The notes under the pieces were generated by a model that searched no databases, was not told where the DNA came from, and saw nothing but the letters and a program-made list of their open reading frames with translations. A DNA stretch of 5,429 bases from the IMG/VR virus record IMGVR_UViG_3300009391_000094, positions 1 through 5,429 of that record. The stretch is one strand, 5' to 3'. Source of the stretch: a virus. Positions 4,396-5,429 of the stretch are shown one piece after another. The first letter of the stretch is position 1. Every line of letters begins with the position of its first letter. The translations under genes and the position numbers were made by a program.

Positions 4396-4545
4396 ATGGA
4401 TTTACAAACAATTGAAACTTTAGCTAATTTCCATTGTCAACAAATTTTTAATGATGTTTCATTATCAATTTTAGAAATGTCATTTTTAATCGTAATTTTA
4501 TTATATTTTGCTTTGTTGGCTATGAGATTTCTTAAAGATATATAA
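4396..4545 (+). CDS. Tiny membrane protein (49 aa), pVII/pIX-position minor coat candidate
   Basis: AAGGTG at 4385-4390, 5 nt before ATG 4396. Product is MDLQTIETLANFHCQQIFNDVSLSILEMSFLIVILLYFALLAMRFLKDI, with one transmembrane segment and a basic tail. The ORF-track start at 4363 is a TTG with no SD and overlaps the previous gene. Confidence 0.55.
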   Translation: MDLQTIETLANFHCQQIFNDVSLSILEMSFLIVILLYFALLAMRFLKDI

Positions 4546-4571
4546 AAATTAAAATTTTTGGAGGTATTTAT

Positions 4572-4724
4572 ATGGATACAAATGCAGTAGTAACTGCCAT
4601 CACAGGTCAAGCATCAAGTTTAACATCAGACGCAGCTCCAGTAATAGCAGCTGCAATTGGACTTAGTGCATTATTCTTCGGAGCTAAATTGCTTTGGAGA
4701 AAATTTAGAGGCATGGCTTCATAA
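4572..4724 (+). CDS. Major coat protein candidate, pVIII-like (50 aa); not in the ORF track
   Basis: GGAGG at 4560-4564, 7 nt before the ATG. Product is MDTNAVVTAITGQASSLTSDAAPVIAAAIGLSALFFGAKLLWRKFRGMAS. It has a polar and slightly acidic N-terminal part, an Ala/Gly-rich hydrophobic helix, and a basic C-terminus (K, R, K, R) suited to contacting DNA. A strong terminator follows. Confidence 0.75.
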   Translation: MDTNAVVTAITGQASSLTSDAAPVIAAAIGLSALFFGAKLLWRKFRGMAS

Positions 4725-4734
4725 AAGCCAAATT

Positions 4735-4762
4735 AAAAGAGGTGGCTTACACCTCTTTTTTT
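4735..4762 (+). terminator. Rho-independent terminator after the coat gene
   Basis: The stem AAAAGAGGTG (4735-4744) pairs with CACCTCTTTT (4750-4759) around the loop gctta. The T-run extends to 4762 (7 T after the GC core). Confidence 0.85.
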
Positions 4763-4781
4763 AATTTATAGGAGGTAATTT

Positions 4782-5429
4782 ATGTATAATAATAAATTTA
4801 TTTTAATTATCACAATTTTATTAATTATAAATTCAATAATAACACCTGTTTATGCTATTGATAATTCTTTTGCATCAGTTTTTGGAGGTAATGGTAAAGA
4901 GGCTCTAGCATTTATGACTGTAGTTACTGGTTTAGGATTAACTTTTGCTAGTCAATCAGATGCAGTTGCAGTTTATAACGAATTAAAAGAAACAGCTCCT
5001 TTAGTTATTCAAAATATGGTAGCTATAACAAAATCTACTTGGTTAGGTGCTTATAATACTGTTAGTAATGAATTAATTTCTGTAAAAAATTCTGTATATG
5101 ATTATTTATTAAGTAAGTTTGGAACTGTTACAAGTGGTTTAAATATATCACCGTCAACTAATATAAAAGGTAGTATTTTAGATGGTAATACTACTTCTTC
5201 ATTTGAAAATATTAGTACAGGAACATATTCACATTATAATAAATACGGTTCTATAAGAGCAACATTAACTAATTATAATGAAACACAATTAAAAATTACA
5301 TTAAATATTTTTACTAGTAAATCTTTAGATATATATACAGAAACATTTATTGTAAATAAAATAGCATTAGCTTCTTTTAGTTTAAGGATACATGAACAAA
5401 ATTCAGCTTATTGTATTTATGGTGGTCAA
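4782..5429 (+). CDS. N-terminal 216 codons of a pIII-like minor coat / host-adsorption protein; continues at base 128 after circular closure, 486 aa in total
   Basis: GGAGG at 4771-4775, 6 nt before ATG 4782. The frame stays open to the window end, which is why the ORF track omits it. The N-terminus MYNNKFILIITILLIINSIITPVYA/IDNS looks like a Sec signal peptide with an AXA-like cleavage site. It sits directly after the coat gene and its terminator, as gIII does in Ff. Confidence 0.65.
   Translation, partial: MYNNKFILIITILLIINSIITPVYAIDNSFASVFGGNGKEALAFMTVVTGLGLTFASQSDAVAVYNELKETAPLVIQNMVAITKSTWLGAYNTVSNELISVKNSVYDYLLSKFGTVTSGLNISPSTNIKGSILDGNTTSSFENISTGTYSHYNKYGSIRATLTNYNETQLKITLNIFTSKSLDIYTETFIVNKIALASFSLRIHEQNSAYCIYGGQ
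5303..5429. repeat. Terminal overlap copy 2 (circularisation signature)
   Basis: Identical to 1-127. The length of 127 nt is typical of a de Bruijn assembler k-mer overlap. Confidence 0.97.

Larger units (their letters stand above)
1..5302 (+). mobile_element. One complete unit of a circular 5,302-bp inovirus-like filamentous phage / phage-plasmid genome
   Basis: 1-127 is identical to 5303-5429, so the window closes on itself. Content is a Zot/pI-type ATPase, a 50-aa coat-like protein, a pIII-like secreted and anchored protein, small membrane proteins and an HUH Rep, in Ff-like order. Twelve of 13 genes are on the + strand with short gaps. Confidence 0.8.

Noticed and set aside
1-5429. Mollicute (code 4) plectrovirus interpretation, given the very low GC
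   Set aside because: Every Trp I checked is TGG. No gene is interrupted by TGA, and TGA serves as a stop at 4389-4391. The strong GGAGG sites fit Firmicutes-type translation initiation.
1-5429. tRNA, rRNA, CRISPR array, integrase, transposase or toxin-antitoxin pair
   Set aside because: None was found. There are no spaced repeat arrays, no cloverleaf-like GC-rich segments, no recombinase-sized ORF, and the RHH gene has no adjacent toxin-sized partner.

Overview
The window is a closed circle, not a chromosomal fragment. Bases 1-127 are identical to 5303-5429, giving a 5,302-bp unit. The 127-nt overlap looks like an assembler k-mer overlap rather than a biological repeat.

The sequence is very AT-rich, has strong GGAGG ribosome-binding sites before almost every gene, and uses the standard code (Trp is always TGG; no gene is broken by TGA). 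I read it as a complete miniature filamentous phage (inovirus-like). The likely host is a low-GC, probably Gram-positive, bacterium.

The morphogenesis genes follow the order of Ff phages:
- small OB-fold-like protein (gV position)
- two tiny membrane proteins (gVII/gIX position)
- 50-aa major-coat-like protein, missed by the ORF track
- intrinsic terminator
- 486-aa pIII-like protein with signal peptide and C-terminal anchor, which wraps across the circular junction
- pVI-like membrane protein
- Zot/pI-type P-loop assembly ATPase

No secretin and no integrase are present.

The replication module is plasmid-like rather than phage-like. It has a pMV158 RepB-type HUH initiator (Rep_2 family) and an upstream ribbon-helix-helix (CopG-like) protein. 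The intergenic origin carries a G7/C7 hairpin with ACTACGAC in its loop (the pMV158-family nick motif), followed by three 7-bp iterons.

A 19-bp-stem hairpin buried in the 3' end of the ATPase gene carries TAGCGA in its loop. It is a candidate ssoA-type minus-strand origin, packaging signal, or both.

A divergently transcribed XRE-type HTH repressor faces the structural operon across palindromic ATGTATTG operators that overlap a consensus promoter. This suggests a repressible, plasmid-like carrier state.

All family assignments rest on motifs read by eye and remembered family features. No database search was run.
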